In this document: positions 12,608 to 26,100 of the stretch, piece by piece
Numbering within the stretch: position 1 is the first letter of the stretch
How the letters are laid out: the number at the start of each line of letters is the position of its first letter
Source: Anaeramoeba ignava BMAN
Lineage: Eukaryota; Protista; Anaeramoebae
Direction of reading: 5' to 3'
DNA length: 64,000 bases
Assembly (NCBI GenBank): GCA_028826165.1
Contig: JAPDFW010000004.1
Location: forward strand, 1-64,000
The notes under the pieces: generated by a model
Database searches by the model: none
The model's input: the letters and a program-made list of their open reading frames with translations, nothing else
What the model was told of the DNA's origin: nothing
Translations under genes and position numbers: made by a program

Positions 12608-15170
12608 ATGAAATCAGTTAAAAACTTTTTTGGGGATAAAACCAAAGCAGCATTTTCATCTGAAATGGAGAAAAAAGTGATAAAATCGACGAATCATGAA
12701 TTACAAGAACCAGATAAATCGAGCCTTCAAATTCTGCTCAAATACACACACAAACCGGGAGCAATCAACGGGCAACTTGTTCGAGTGCTTGCGAAGAGAT
12801 TGAAAAAGAAGGGCTTTGTTACTGTTTTTAAAGCGCTTCTTGTTCTTCATCGACTTATAACTGACGGTCATAAAGATTTTGCAACTACTTTTTCTAATTC
12901 TCAGAAACATGCAGGCTTTTTTGGCCTTTCTAATTTTAGAGATCTCTCAACTCCTAATGCTTTTGAATATTGTGAGTTCATTCGAACTTATTCTGGTTAT
13001 TTAGAAGAAAAGCTTATTGTTTTTAGAGAAGTTGATTTTAAAATTGATTTTATTTCAAAAAGTGATTCTAAAATTTCTCCTTATCGTAAAGCTGCTTATG
13101 ATTCCGTTATTAGAGATATCCCAAAGTTCCAAAGTCAATTGGACGCTCTTTTTGATTGTGATGTTAGTTTTCTTTCTTTTTTGATCTTTTATTTTTTACT
13201 TTTTTATTTTTAACTTTTTTTCTTTTAACTTTTTTTTTTTCCTATTTTTTTTTTTTCCTTTTTTAGTTTCATCAAATGATGCAAGATTCTTTATTTAATT
13301 ATGCTGCTATTTTATTATCTAGAGATGCTGGAAGAATTTATAATATTATTCATGAAGGAATTTTAAGAATTTTAGGTATTTCAATTAAAATTCATTTATA
13401 AAATTCATTTATAAAATTTAAATTCATTTTAAAATTAAAATTCATTTTAAAATTAAAATTCATTTATAAAATTTAAATTAAAATTAAAATTCAAATTCAT
13501 TTTAAAATTAAAATTAATTTATAAAATTAAAATTAAAATAAAAATAAAAATTAAAATTAAAATTAAAATTATAAAATTAAAATTAAAATTAAAATTAAAA
13601 TTCATTTTAAAATTAAAATTAAAATTAAAATTAAAATTAAAATTAAAATTAAAATTAAAATTAAAATTAAAATTAAAATTAAAATTAAAATTAAAATTAA
13701 AATTAAAAAAGAATTAACTTTCAAACAAGGAAAATCAATTAAAAAAGAAGCTTTTGAAATATATAAAAGATATTCAGATCAAACAGAAAAAATGATTCCA
13801 TTTTCAGAAAATCCAAGATTTTCTGGAGATTTACCATTTTCAACAAGTAAAAAAGAAAAAATATTAACAGCAATTAAAGATTTAGTTTCAAGTTTTGAAA
13901 ATTCAGTTGAAAATGGAAAACCTTCAGCAAATGATAAAGCATTTCAAAAATTAAATAATCTTCTTCAAAATGAACTTAAAAGTGATGATGAAGATGAAAG
14001 TAAAAGTGGAAATGAAAGTAAAAGTGATGAAGATGAAGATGAAAATGAAGATGAAAATGAAGATGAAAATGAAGATGAAAGTGAAAGTCAAGATGAAAGT
14101 GAAAGTGAAAGTGAAAGTGAAAGTAGTGATGGTCCTAAATTTAATACAAAAACTAAATCAAATTTTTTTAAGAAAATTGTTAAACCAAAATCTCTTACTC
14201 AAAAACAAACAAAACAAGAAGAACCAGATTTACTTCAGCTTGATTTTAATAGTATAAATTAAAATTAAAATTAAAATTAAAAATTAAAATTAAAATTAAA
14301 ATTAAAATTAAAATTAAAATTAAAATTAAAATTCATTTATAAAATCAAAATTAAAATTAAAATTAAAATTAAAATTAAAATTAATATTAAAATTAAAATT
14401 AAAATTAAAATTAATATTAAAATTAAAATTAAAATTAAAATCAAAATTAATATTAAAATTAAATTTAAAATTAAAATTAAAAAGCAAAAAATCCTGAACC
14501 TAAAAAATCCTTTAACAATGATCTTTTTTCAATACAAAATGAACCCAAAAAACAACCTCAACAAAATTTTACAAATCAAAACGATTTTTTCAATACAAAT
14601 CAAAATGATCCTTTTAACACAAATCAAAACGATTTTTTCAATACAAACAAAACTGATCCTTTTAACACATCAAACAATTTTTTTGATATTCCAATGACAA
14701 ACACACAACCAATTCAACCAAAACAAAGAATTCCTTCAAAACAAATTATTGATTCTTTTTCAAATCAAAATTCCAATTCAAATTTTAATTCCAATTCCAA
14801 TTTTAATTCAAATTCAAATTTTAATTCAAATTTTAATTTTAATTCAAATTCAAATTCTAATTCTAATTCATTTAATTTTCAAAATCAAACTTCTAATCAA
14901 GCTTGGGATTGGGGAAATACTAAATCAACTAATGTTAATCAAAATTTAAATCAAAATCAAAATCAAAATCAATTCTCAAAAAATCTTCAATTTTCTTTTG
15001 GTAATAATTTCCGTTCAAATAAAAATTTTTCACCTTCAAATTGGACAAATAAAAATCAAAATCAAAATCAAAATCAAAATCAATTCCAAAATCAAAATCA
15101 ATTCCAAAATCAAAATCAAAAAAAAGGAAAAGATGCTTTTAATGATTTAATTGATTTTTCTTTAATTTAA
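12608..15170 (+). CDS. ANTH-domain clathrin assembly protein (AP180/CALM-like), ~629 aa; exons 12608-13162, 13267-13375, 13712-14251, 14485-15170
   Basis: ANTH N-terminus (KSTNHELQEP, VFKALLVLHRLITDG, FIRTYSGYLEEK). Disordered tail with DLL, DPF, DFF, WDW and terminal DLIDF motifs. GT-AG exons sum to 630 codons including the stop. Confidence 0.85.
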
Positions 15171-15413
15171 AAACTCAAAAAAAAAAACAAATTTTCTTTT
15201 TTCTTTTTTCTTTTTTCTTTTTTCAATTTTTCTTTCTTTAAAAAAAATAAAATTAAAGAAAAAAATTTATGTTTGTTTTTTGTTTGTTTTTTGTTTGTTT
15301 TTTGTTTGTTTTTTGTTTGTTTTTAGTTAATTTTTTTTTGATTAAATTTCCTTCTCAAAAAAAAAAAATTATTAAAATTATTCAAATTATTAAAATTATT
15401 CAAATTATTAAAA

Positions 15414-18400
15414 TTAATTTTTTTGAGATTTTGATTGCATTCTTTTTCTTAATTCATCAATTAAATCAAAATCAATATCATCTTTATCAACTTCAATTTC
15501 TTCATTTTTTCCAGAAAGATCACTAAAAAGAGGATCACGAACAATAGGATTAGAAAGTAATTGAAAAACATTAGCAATAGAAGATTCAAGTTGTGGTTCA
15601 GTAATTGAAATTTTTTCAACTGAATAATCTCTTGATCGATTTTCCCAATCAAAAATATTTAAAGGAACTTGAATTATTGGTTCAATTAAAGAATTTCCAG
15701 GACAAACAATAATATTTGTTTGTGGATCTAAATCTTGAATATTTTGATTTTCAGGAATATTATGTAAAAGAACAGTAAATAAATCACCAGATTTAATATT
15801 AAAAGGAAGAAATTTTTGATTTGGATTTTGATTTTCATTTAAATTTTCATTTAAATTTTCATTTTGATTTAAATTGAATTTTAAATTTGATTTCTCTTTG
15901 TAATCTTCACTTAAATGTGCTTTTAATTTTTTATCACATCCTAATTGATCAATTTTCTTTTCATCTTCAATCACATAATCTTTTATTGCTGGAACAACAT
16001 AACAATATTCAACCAAATCAGTCATAAACTTCTTAACCCTTTCCAAATTTGAGCTAATCAATTCATTAAAAACAACGGATTCAGAACCAGTTTTAAAAGT
16101 ACTTAAATTTGCGATATTTTGAACAATTCTTGAAATAACAACCAAAACTTTGCGAACTTTTGAAGAAATAGCATGTTCACTTTCTGCAACATCGAATAAC
16201 TCGGGGGCAACAATTGCTGGACAAACAAAACGTAAGAAAACAAATCCAGCAAGAACAACATTATGAGCATAAGGAAATTTTCTTTTTGTTTCTCTTGAAA
16301 GAATGAAGCACACTTCTCTCATAAGAAGCGGGAAATGAGGCGCTGATGAAAATATTCTGTCAAGAAGTTTCTGTGTGAATTTTGACACAAGTTGAATTCC
16401 TTCTTGATTTTTCTCTTCAGTTTCGCAATTGCGGAATTCAAAAGGATTTCCTTCACTTGTTGCGATTAAAATGATAATTTCCTGAATAAAATCACTCAAA
16501 ACCCATCTTAAATAAGAGTTTCCAAAAGTTTTTCCAAGAAAAGATAGCATTTTGTTGCACATACTATTTCCACGAAATAAGGTTGTTTCAAATATGGTTT
16601 CGTCGACTTCAAATCCAATTGCGAAAGAAAGAAGTTCTAATAACTTTGATTTCGCGCTTGACATCAAAACTAAGTTTTTACTGATTGCGTCCGCGTCTCC
16701 AATCTTAACTACGCGGAATAAAGACGAAACAATTTGGAAATTATTTGAAAACATTAAATCACTGAATTCTTCGCATTGCTCGCTTGTTAATGATAGTTCT
16801 TCAAATTCGTCTTCCTGCTCGTTATCATCACTATTTTGGCTTCCATCATCACTTTCCTTTTTCGGAGCAATAAGAACATTTGCCCGTTTTTCTTGGAAAA
16901 TGCTTGATGAAGATAATATTGTGATTGGATGTACAATCTCGCAATTTTCTGAATCAATATAAAAAATATCATCTTCTTTTTTCACTTTAATCATTGTTTG
17001 TTTCTCATTCACTTGAATAACACCAACAATATCAAAGAATTGTTTTTCTGAAAAATAAACACTTTTTTTATCCTCTTTTTCTTCCGTTATTTTTTCTTTT
17101 CCAAATTTCTCGTTGAATTCTTTCTCATTCAAAACTCCTCGGAATTGTGGGTTTAAATTCTTAAACACATAAGCTCGAACTTCCTTATCTTCATTGTTTT
17201 GAATTTCAAACGTTAGCAAAAAGGATAAAATTTTGTTTCGCCATTTTTTGATAACTTCCATTTGTCCATCCATTAAGATTTGCTCGTGGTTCATTTTGGC
17301 CATCTCTTCAGGATTTTTCTCGTAAAGAATCCTCAAACTTTTCATCGCTTTTCCTTGTTTTTCCAAAATTTCAATTTCTTTATCAAGCCAGTTTCTGAAG
17401 AAAACCACTTCTTGGTAATTTTCTTGGTTTTTTAAAATATTTCCCATTCTTTGATGTTTAACTGAGAATGATCGATATCGAATTTTTTCTGGTCGATTTA
17501 ATGATATTTTTTCTGTTTTTGTTTCTTGGTTTTGTTTATCAAACGAGTTTTCTCCCCATTCATTTCCCTCCAAATTTCCGTTTTCATTTGCATTTATATT
17601 CTCATTTGAATCTGGGTTTGGATTTAAATTGCCGTTTAAATTTTCTGTTGGATTTGAATTCAAACTGTTTTTCATTTGATTTTCATTTTTGTCTTGATTC
17701 TCCTTTGTTTCTTGCGTTTTTTTCATTTCCTCCTTCAAAAATGTCGTTTTATCAACTTGTGGTTTTTCTTCTGCTTGAAATTTGGTTAAAAAATGTGCAA
17801 TATTCAAAATATGGAAAGCATCGATCCAATTTTTCAAAATATCGAGTTTGGAAAAAGAAAGAAAAATACGATGACTTCCGATTGTAATTTTGAGGATATT
17901 GATTTGGTAATCAGGAGGCAAAGAAGACAAATTGGGGATTTTGGGGTCATTTTTGTCAATTTCCTTGCAATAGGCAACACCTTTAAGTTCGAGAATTTTC
18001 CTCAATCTTTTATCCTTTACATCTTGTTTGCTGAGATTCAATCCATGCAAAGTAAGTGTTGCAAGCTTCCATTTCCCAGTGGATTTTGAGGAAATGAGAT
18101 AGAAAATGGATCCGCTTTTAAACACAGGAGGATCGTTTTCTTTGTATGAATAATAAGAGAGAAAAGTAACCGTTTTGTTTATTGATATTCCTGACATTGT
18201 TTTTTTGTTTTTTGATAACGAAATGAGTTCTTTTGAAAATTCATCAGCGGATTTGGGTTGATTTTGTGTTTCTTGTTTCATTCCCCGATTAAATATAATG
18301 CAAACATGTTTCTTAAAAACCAATCCTTCCATTTCTTGATCTTGATTTGCTTTATTCTGCAATTTCCCCATAAAAAACATCTTTTTATCATCGTTCATCA

Positions 18401-21400
18401 TTTTCGCATCTTTCACAATAATCCAGTCTCCGTTTTTATACGGAAGAATTTTATTCGGATTGTTATCTTTCACATCCGATAAATTCGAGACCACTTGATT
18501 TTGTGGGATATGATCCTTCTTTGCAAATGCAAAATAAACATCCTTATATTCAGGTGCGTTGAATAATCTTCTGCAAAGTCGCTTTAAAATTCTTTTCCGC
18601 CAAATTTGGATATGGGAAATTTTCTGTTCCCATTCCTCAATCACTTTGGAAAGATTATTCACAGTATCGAGATCATCGCAATCTTTATAAAATTGGATCA
18701 AATTTTCTCTGCCTGATTTTTCTGTTTTATAAATTTTTTTGGTTGATTCAACCCATATTAATAGTTGATTTAATTTTTCAATTTCAATTTGGTAGTTTGC
18801 CTTCTGAATCCCTGTTTCCTTTATGAGAAGAAGAAATCCAAGTAAAACCTCGAAAATATTGCTCCATTTTTTGGATTCTTCTTCCGATTCAGTTGAAAGT
18901 GATAAATCTTGTTTGTCCATTTCAAGATTCAAAACAAACGATTTGCTATTATGCGATTTTTCAACTTGAACTTGAACTTGAACCGAAACCAAATCGCGAA
19001 GATCAAACACTTGGATTGGCATTTGAGCGTAATTTGAAGAATAAACAAGAAGAATCCAACTTGAAAGAACAACCCATAATTTCGAGCGTTTTCGCGACGG
19101 AGTCACAATCAAAAATCCAGACTCGTTTGTCGGGAAATACTCCTTGTCTCCAATAGAATCTTTCCATTGCTCAATGATTTTCATTGCTGATTGAACACCC
19201 TTTTTTTTGTTGAGTGTGTTGAGATTAATTGCGTTAATTTTCGCAAAATAATTTTTCACAAGTGAATCAATTCTTGGTTGATTTTTAAGTTGTTTCGATT
19301 TTTCGGGTTCTTTCTCAGATTTTTTGAGATTTAATGATTCATGAAAAAGATGAACATGATTATCTTCAGTTTTATTTTTTTCTTTTTTCCCATCTTGTGC
19401 ATCTGTTTCTTCCATATTAAATGAGAATTTCACTCTTGATTGTGGTCTTGAGATTAATGATTTTGGAGCTTCTGAATTTTGGATAAAAACATCATTATAA
19501 TCCGCAACTGGAATCTGTTCTATAAATTTGACTGGGATTTTCACTTGGATATTTTGAACATTAATTTCTAGAACATCATCTTGTTCTGTTATTTTTTCCG
19601 ATTGCGAAATTTGTGCCCAATCTCCCATTTTCAATTGTATTTTCTTGCTTGAATCATCGGGTAATTCCAAAGAAACATCCTGATTTATATAACAGAGTTT
19701 TTCTTCATTGGAAACTTGCGGGAAGTTCAATCTCCCAAGAACCTGAAAGAAATGCTCCTTTGCTTTTTCAAAAAGTGATATTTCATATAACGTTGTGGAA
19801 ATTTGTGTTTGAGCAAAATAAACGGATGTGATTGATTTTCTTTGAATATTTTCCGTTGTTGTTTCTTCTGTTTCTTTTCGTGTCTTTTTTTTCTTTGTAT
19901 TTTTTGCTTTGGAATTTGTTTTATCAGGTGAATCTTCTTCGTTTGAATTTGGTTTATCTTTGTTTGATTTCAGATCATTTGCTTCGTTTGTTTTATTTTG
20001 TTTCATTTTTTGCATTGTTTTTCTTGGCTTCAGAAAGAAATTCCGAAGAAAATTATCTTGAACACTAATTTTTAATTGGATTGTGTTTTTGATTTTCACA
20101 AATCCAAGCAAAAGTAAATTGAGCTTGCTTAATCGAGTATTTATCCATTTCAAAACATCTTTGATCTTGTTTGTTCTGTTTTTGATATTCGACGAGATGT
20201 TTGTGATTGGATTTTTGATTTGCACTAAATCCATCAATAAATTCAATGTGTAGATCCAATCATCAACCAAAGATTTTGAAGCTGAATACAATTTGAATGT
20301 TCTTTTAGAAGAAACAATTTCAAAATAGAATTTTTTGTGACTTTTTCCAACATCAATTTTTTGGACAGTCAATATGTTTTTTAACGGAATAACATCTTCC
20401 GTTTTTTTCTCATCAATCCCATAAATTTGCAAATGAAACGAACAAATGACCAAAGTTCGTGGTTTCCAATTTGACATTTTTTTACCAATTTGGCAATAAA
20501 AATCTGCTTTTCTTTCAATACTTAAAAACTCAAAAACAGGTGTTGTATTTCTTTTCTTCATTAATTCCAATGCTGGATTAATTAAAATGGAATCTGTTAA
20601 TTCCACATTTTTTATCCGTAATTTCTTGGTTTGATCTTCTTTGTTTTCCTTTGTTTCCATGCTGATTAGAAGTAATTTTTCTTGTGGAATTTCGCCAAGT
20701 CCATTTTGAGTTATAACGATCCAATTAGAATCTTCTATTCCTTTTTCAATATAAACAAAGTCATATTTAGAAGCTTTTGTTTCTGTTTGAGATTTAAGTG
20801 GATCTTTTTGTGGAGTTGATTGATGATTTGCAATAACTATTGCTGGTTGATGTTTTGAAGTTTTTTCTTTTGAGCAGTTAGCTAAATAGAGTTTTACAAG
20901 AAGAAGATTTGTCCAAGAGCCAATATCAGAAGAAGTTTCTTTTAATTTTTCTAATTGAGCGATAATATTTTTATCATCAGCTAATTTTTATAAATGAATT
21001 TTAATTTTAATTTTATAAATGAATTTTAATTTTAATTTTATAAATGAATTTTAATTATAATAATTTTAATTTTATAAATGAATTTTAATTATATAAATGA
21101 ATTTTAATTTTAATTTTATAAATGAATTTTAATTTTTAAATTTTATAAATGAATTTTATAAATGAATTTTAATTTTAATAATTTTATAAATGAATTTTAA
21201 TTTTTTACTAAGATTAGAAGTCTCATCTTCTTGACTTTCTTTCACTTTATCTCCATTATTAGATAAATTCTTCTTTTTATTTGAATTTTCTGATAAACTC
21301 TTTAAAATATCTTCTCGTTCTTCTTTCAATTTTAAATCAATTAACTCCAATAAAGAAAGTAATTCCTTAATTGCTTGTAAATCATTTTGATCTGCATTTT

Positions 21401-22940
21401 TGCGACAAATACCAATAAAAGATTTAACAAGAAGAATAGAATGAACCCATTCATCAACTGTTTGTAAATTTTCTGCTTTTATATGAAAAAATTCCGATTT
21501 GCAAATAATTTGAAAAGAATTTTCGTCTTTTTCTTTAAATTTAAGTTTATTATCATCTGTATATTTAATAACACCAAGAATATCTTTAATATGAATTTCC
21601 ACTAATAAATCTGTTTGTAATGTTTTGTCTGGTTTGTAAATTTTAATTGATGTATTTTCCAATTCAAAAAATCGTTTTTTCCATTTTCCTGGTTTTGTTA
21701 ATATTAATAGATTTCCTTTAATTGTAACTGGTATTTTTGGTATTTCTTCTGGAATGTATAAATATTTATGTCTTATAAATTCTTTATTGATTTCTATTTG
21801 ATTTGGATTGTATTTTTCTGCTTTTTTTAAAATTCTTTGCGGTTTTATTTCTTTTTGTAAATTTTGAGATGAATTATTTCCATTTGTTTTTTCTTCTTGA
21901 TTTAGAAAAAGATCTTGATATTTTTGAGGTTCTAATATTTTAATATAACTAACTATTTTTTATTTATTTTTAAATTTAAAAAAGAATTTAAAAAAGAAAT
22001 TGAATTTGAATTTAAATTTTATTTGTTAATTTGAATTTGAAATTGAATTTGAATTTTAATTTTAATTGGAATTTAAATTGGAAATTTAATTTGAATTTGA
22101 ATTTGAAATTAAATTGGAATTTAAATTTGAATTTAAATTTGAATTTGAAATTGAATGTTAATTTGAATTTGAATTTGAATTTTATTTTGAATTTAAATTT
22201 TAATTGGAAATTGAATTTTAATTTGAATTTTAATTTGAATTTGAATTTTAATTTTAATTTTAATTTTAATTTGAATTTGAATTTTAATTTTAATTTAAAT
22301 TTGAATTTGAAATTGAATGTTAATTTAAATTTGAATTTGAAATTGAATTTTATTTTGAATTTGAATTTTAATTTGAATTAGAATTTTAATTTGAAATTGA
22401 ATGCTAATTTGAATTTGAATTTTATTTTGAATTTGAATTTTATTTTGAATTTTAATTGGAAATTGAATTTAAATTTGAATTTGAATTTGAATTGGAATTT
22501 GAATTAGAAATTGAATTTGAATTGGAATTTTAATTTCCAATTTGAATTTGAATTTGAATTGGATTTGAATTTGAATTTAAATTTGAATTTAAATTTGAAT
22601 TTAAATTTGAATTTAAATTTGAATTTAAAATTTTAATTTTAATTTTAATTTTAATTTTAATTTAAATTCCAATTTAATTTTAATTTCCAATTTTATTTAT
22701 TGATTTTAATTTCCAATTTAAGTTTTAAGTTAAAAAATTGAGAAAAAATGAGAAAAATTTTTTTTTAAAATTACAAGGAAGAATTCCTTCTTGTTGTGTT
22801 CTTTCTGATTTAACTTTAACCCAATTATCATCAATTTTGTTAATTATTTTTAAATTATCGTCTTTTTGTAGATCTACTACTTGAGAGTCTTTTGAAACAA
22901 AACGGAATAAACTTATTGCATCAACGGATTCTTTTGACAT
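15414..22940 (-). CDS. SH3 + four-PH-domain RasGAP, ~2158 aa; exons 22940-22775, 21952-21209, 20980-15414
   Basis: N-terminal SH3 (DNWVKVK...EGILPFSYI), PH domains (KWKKRFFEL...DEWVHSI; NWKPRTLVI...DDWIYTL and two more), RasGAP arginine finger TTLFRGNS and signature FVFLRFVCPAIVAP. Exons join in frame. Confidence 0.9.
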
Positions 22941-23124
22941 TCTTAATATTCAAAAAAAATAATAGAAATAAAAATAAAAATAAAACAAAAAAAGAAGAAA
23001 AAAAATGAAAAAAATAATTTTGGTTTTTTAATTTTAATTTTAATTTTAATTTTAATTGATCAAAAAGAATAAAAAATTTTCTTTTATTTTTCATTTTTCA
23101 TTTTTCATTTTTAAATTAAATTAA
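22941..23124. promoter_or_regulatory. Compact bidirectional promoter (RasGAP / ankyrin gene) with TTTTTCATTTTT motifs facing each way
   Basis: 184 bp between divergent ATGs. (TTTTTCA)3 lies just before 23125 and the reverse complement near 23000. Confidence 0.5.
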
Positions 23125-26100
23125 ATGGATATTATTAAAGCTGCTCAAGATAATGATTTAAATGCAGTTAGGCAATGTCTTCTTGCTGGTGAATCACCAA
23201 ATAAAAAAGGAGTTTGTTTTGATTTTTGTTTTAATTTTTAATTTAATTTTAATAAACAAAACCAAAAAAAAAAAAGGGAGTAAATTGTTTTAAAAAATTC
23301 AAGAATAAGATTTTTGGATATTTTTATTAAAATTAATTAAATAATTAGTTTGTAAAATAATTTTCAATTTCAATTTTGTTTGTAATTTAAATTTAATTTT
23401 AATTTAATTTTTATCTTTTAAATTTTAAAGGGAAATTCACCTCTTTATATGGTTTTTTTTGGTTTTTCAACTCCAAATTATGAAGTTATTAAATTACTTA
23501 TTGAAAATGGAGCTGATGTTAATTCAAGAGTTGTAAATTATTAATCTAAAAACAAAAATAAAAACAAAAATAAAAACAAAATTAAAATTAAAATTAAAAT
23601 TAAAATTAAAATTAAAAAGATTGTAATTTGCTCTTTTTTTCCATTCCAAATTTTTTTTATTAAATTTAAAATGAAAATTTAAAATAGACTGTATTTTTTA
23701 ATTATAAATTTTTGATTATAAAATTAATTCATTTTGATTTATATTTTATGTAAAAACAAAAAAGTCTGTAAATATTTAATTTAATTTAATTTAATTTAAA
23801 TTTAATTTAATTTAAAAATAATTTTACATTTTAGGAGGTAAATTTATTTTAATTTTTGTTTTTTTCTTTTCAATAATAAATCTAATAAGAATTTATTTTT
23901 AGCGTGAAAGTGTTATTCAAATTGCTTTGAAAAAAAACAAAATTACTCCACAAATTCTCCAACTTTTAATTGATAATGGAGTTAAAATGAATCAAACTGA
24001 TGTAAATCATAAATATTTATTATATTATAAATTATAAATTATAAATATAAATCAAAATAACTAATTTAGGGTGTAAAATTAAAATTATCTAATTTAAAAT
24101 GAAAATAAAATTTTTACTCAATAATTTCTCATAAAAAATAATCAAAAAGCATGTAAAATTGTTTTTCAGAAATAAAATCTAAAATATAAAATATAAAATA
24201 TAAAATATAAAATATATTATTTATTTAGAAACAAACACCTTTAATAATGGCTTGTGCTAATAAATACTCTTCCAAAATTGTTGAAATGATTTTATCACAA
24301 AAAGATACTAAAGTTAATGCTTCTGATGTATATAAAAAATTGATTTAAAAAATAATAATCAAAAATTGATTTGAAAAATAATAAGGATGTAAATTTATTT
24401 GCTTATTTTTTTGTGGAAAAGAGTTTTTCAATTTTGTTATTTATTTTGAATATTAGAAAGTAAAAAATTTTGTTTTATGAATAAAAGATATTGTAATATT
24501 TATTATAATGTAAATATTAAGGGATGGGATGCTTTGCATTATGCTTGTCAATCACCAATTGATTTTACTGTTATTCAACTTTTAGTAAAAGCAGGTGCTA
24601 ATGTTAATGCTAGAACAGTAATTTTATTAATTTAAATCCAAATCCAAAATTAAATTTTTTATGAATTCATTATTTTTTTTAGAAAGTAAAATTTATATTT
24701 ATTTTTTCTTTAAAAAATTACTTTTTGATTTAATTTGATTATTAAAATAATAAAATTAAATAGGAAGTAAAAAATTGATTATTAAAAAAAATCCTTTATA
24801 AAAAAATTTGAAATAATTTTTTAAAATTTAATTTTAAATCCAAAAAAAAAAAAAAGAATTTAACTCCTCTTCATATTTATTCTTTTGCATCACAAAATTC
24901 AATAGAGGTTTTAAAATTCTTATTTATATCAGGAGCTAATCCAAATTATAATGCTGTAAAAACAAAATTAATAAAATAAAATGAAATAAAATTATTAATC
25001 AAAAAATATATATAAAAAAGACTGTAAAAAAATTTAAATTACTTTTCATTCCAAATTAAATTAAATCAAAAATTAAATAAAATTAAATTAAAATCAAATT
25101 AAATTAAATTAAATTTAAATTAAATTAAATTAAATTAAAATTAAATTAAAATAAATTAAATTAAATTAAATTAAATTAAATTAAAATCAAATTAAATTAA
25201 ACCAAATCAAATTAAATTAAAATCAAAATTAAATCAAATCAAATTAAATTAAATTAAATTAAATTAAATCAAAATCAAATTAAATTAAAATTAGGAAGTA
25301 ATTTTTTGTTTAATTTTCCTAAATTAATTTAAATTTCTAAATTATTTTTAATTAGGGAACACCTTTTCATTTTGCAATTAAAAATAAACTTGATCCTGAA
25401 AAAATTCAAGAATTTCTTAGAGCTGGAGCTAATTCAGATATTTTAGATGTTAATCAAAAAAAAAAACAAACAATTATTAAATTATTAAATTTAAATTTTA
25501 TTCCAAAAAAAAAAATAGAAAGTAAAAATAATCAAAAAGAAAAGAAAAAATATTATTTAAAAAAGTCAATTCTCAAAAAATCAATTATCAAAAAAAAAAA
25601 TAGAAAGTATTTCTTTTTCAAAAAAAAATAAAAACAATTTCAAAATCAAATAAAATAAATATATTGAAATTTTTATTTGAAAAATTAGAAATCAAGTGTT
25701 TTACATTGTGCTTGTGATTTAGGATCTTCAGAAATTATTATTAAAATGCTTCTTGCAGGAGGAGCAAATCCAAATCTTGTTAATGTACCAAAGAAAAAAT
25801 ATTTAGAAAGAAAGAAGATTTAAAATAAATAAATAAAAAGGGAGTAAACAATTTTATTTTTCATTTTAAAAATCATTCAAATAAATATTTTTTATTTTAA
25901 ATTTAGAAAGTAATAAATCAATAAATCAATTAATCAATTAAATCAATTAAATCAATTAATAAATCAATAAATAATCAAAGAAAAAAACACCACTTCAAAT
26001 TTGTAAAGATACAGGAAGAGATGATTTAGTTCAAATTTTTCAAGATTTTGCAAGTATTTTTTTTTTAAAAAATAAAAAAAAAGATTTTAAATTGTAAATA

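Noticed and set aside
16552-20259. Short ORFs antisense or out of frame within the RasGAP gene (similar ones lie within the E1, TLDc and Lon genes)
   Set aside because: Shadow frames of long, motif-bearing genes with no recognisable domains.
24418-24498. AAG-A-GT (1 nt) and AAG-ATATT-GT (5 nt) candidate microexons
   Set aside because: They would shift the frame and need flanking introns of about 30 nt. The ankyrin consensus is complete without them.
25803-25812. TAG-AAA-GA resembling an additional microexon
   Set aside because: No GT donor, and only about 20 nt from the upstream donor, well below the 56-nt minimum intron seen in this gene.
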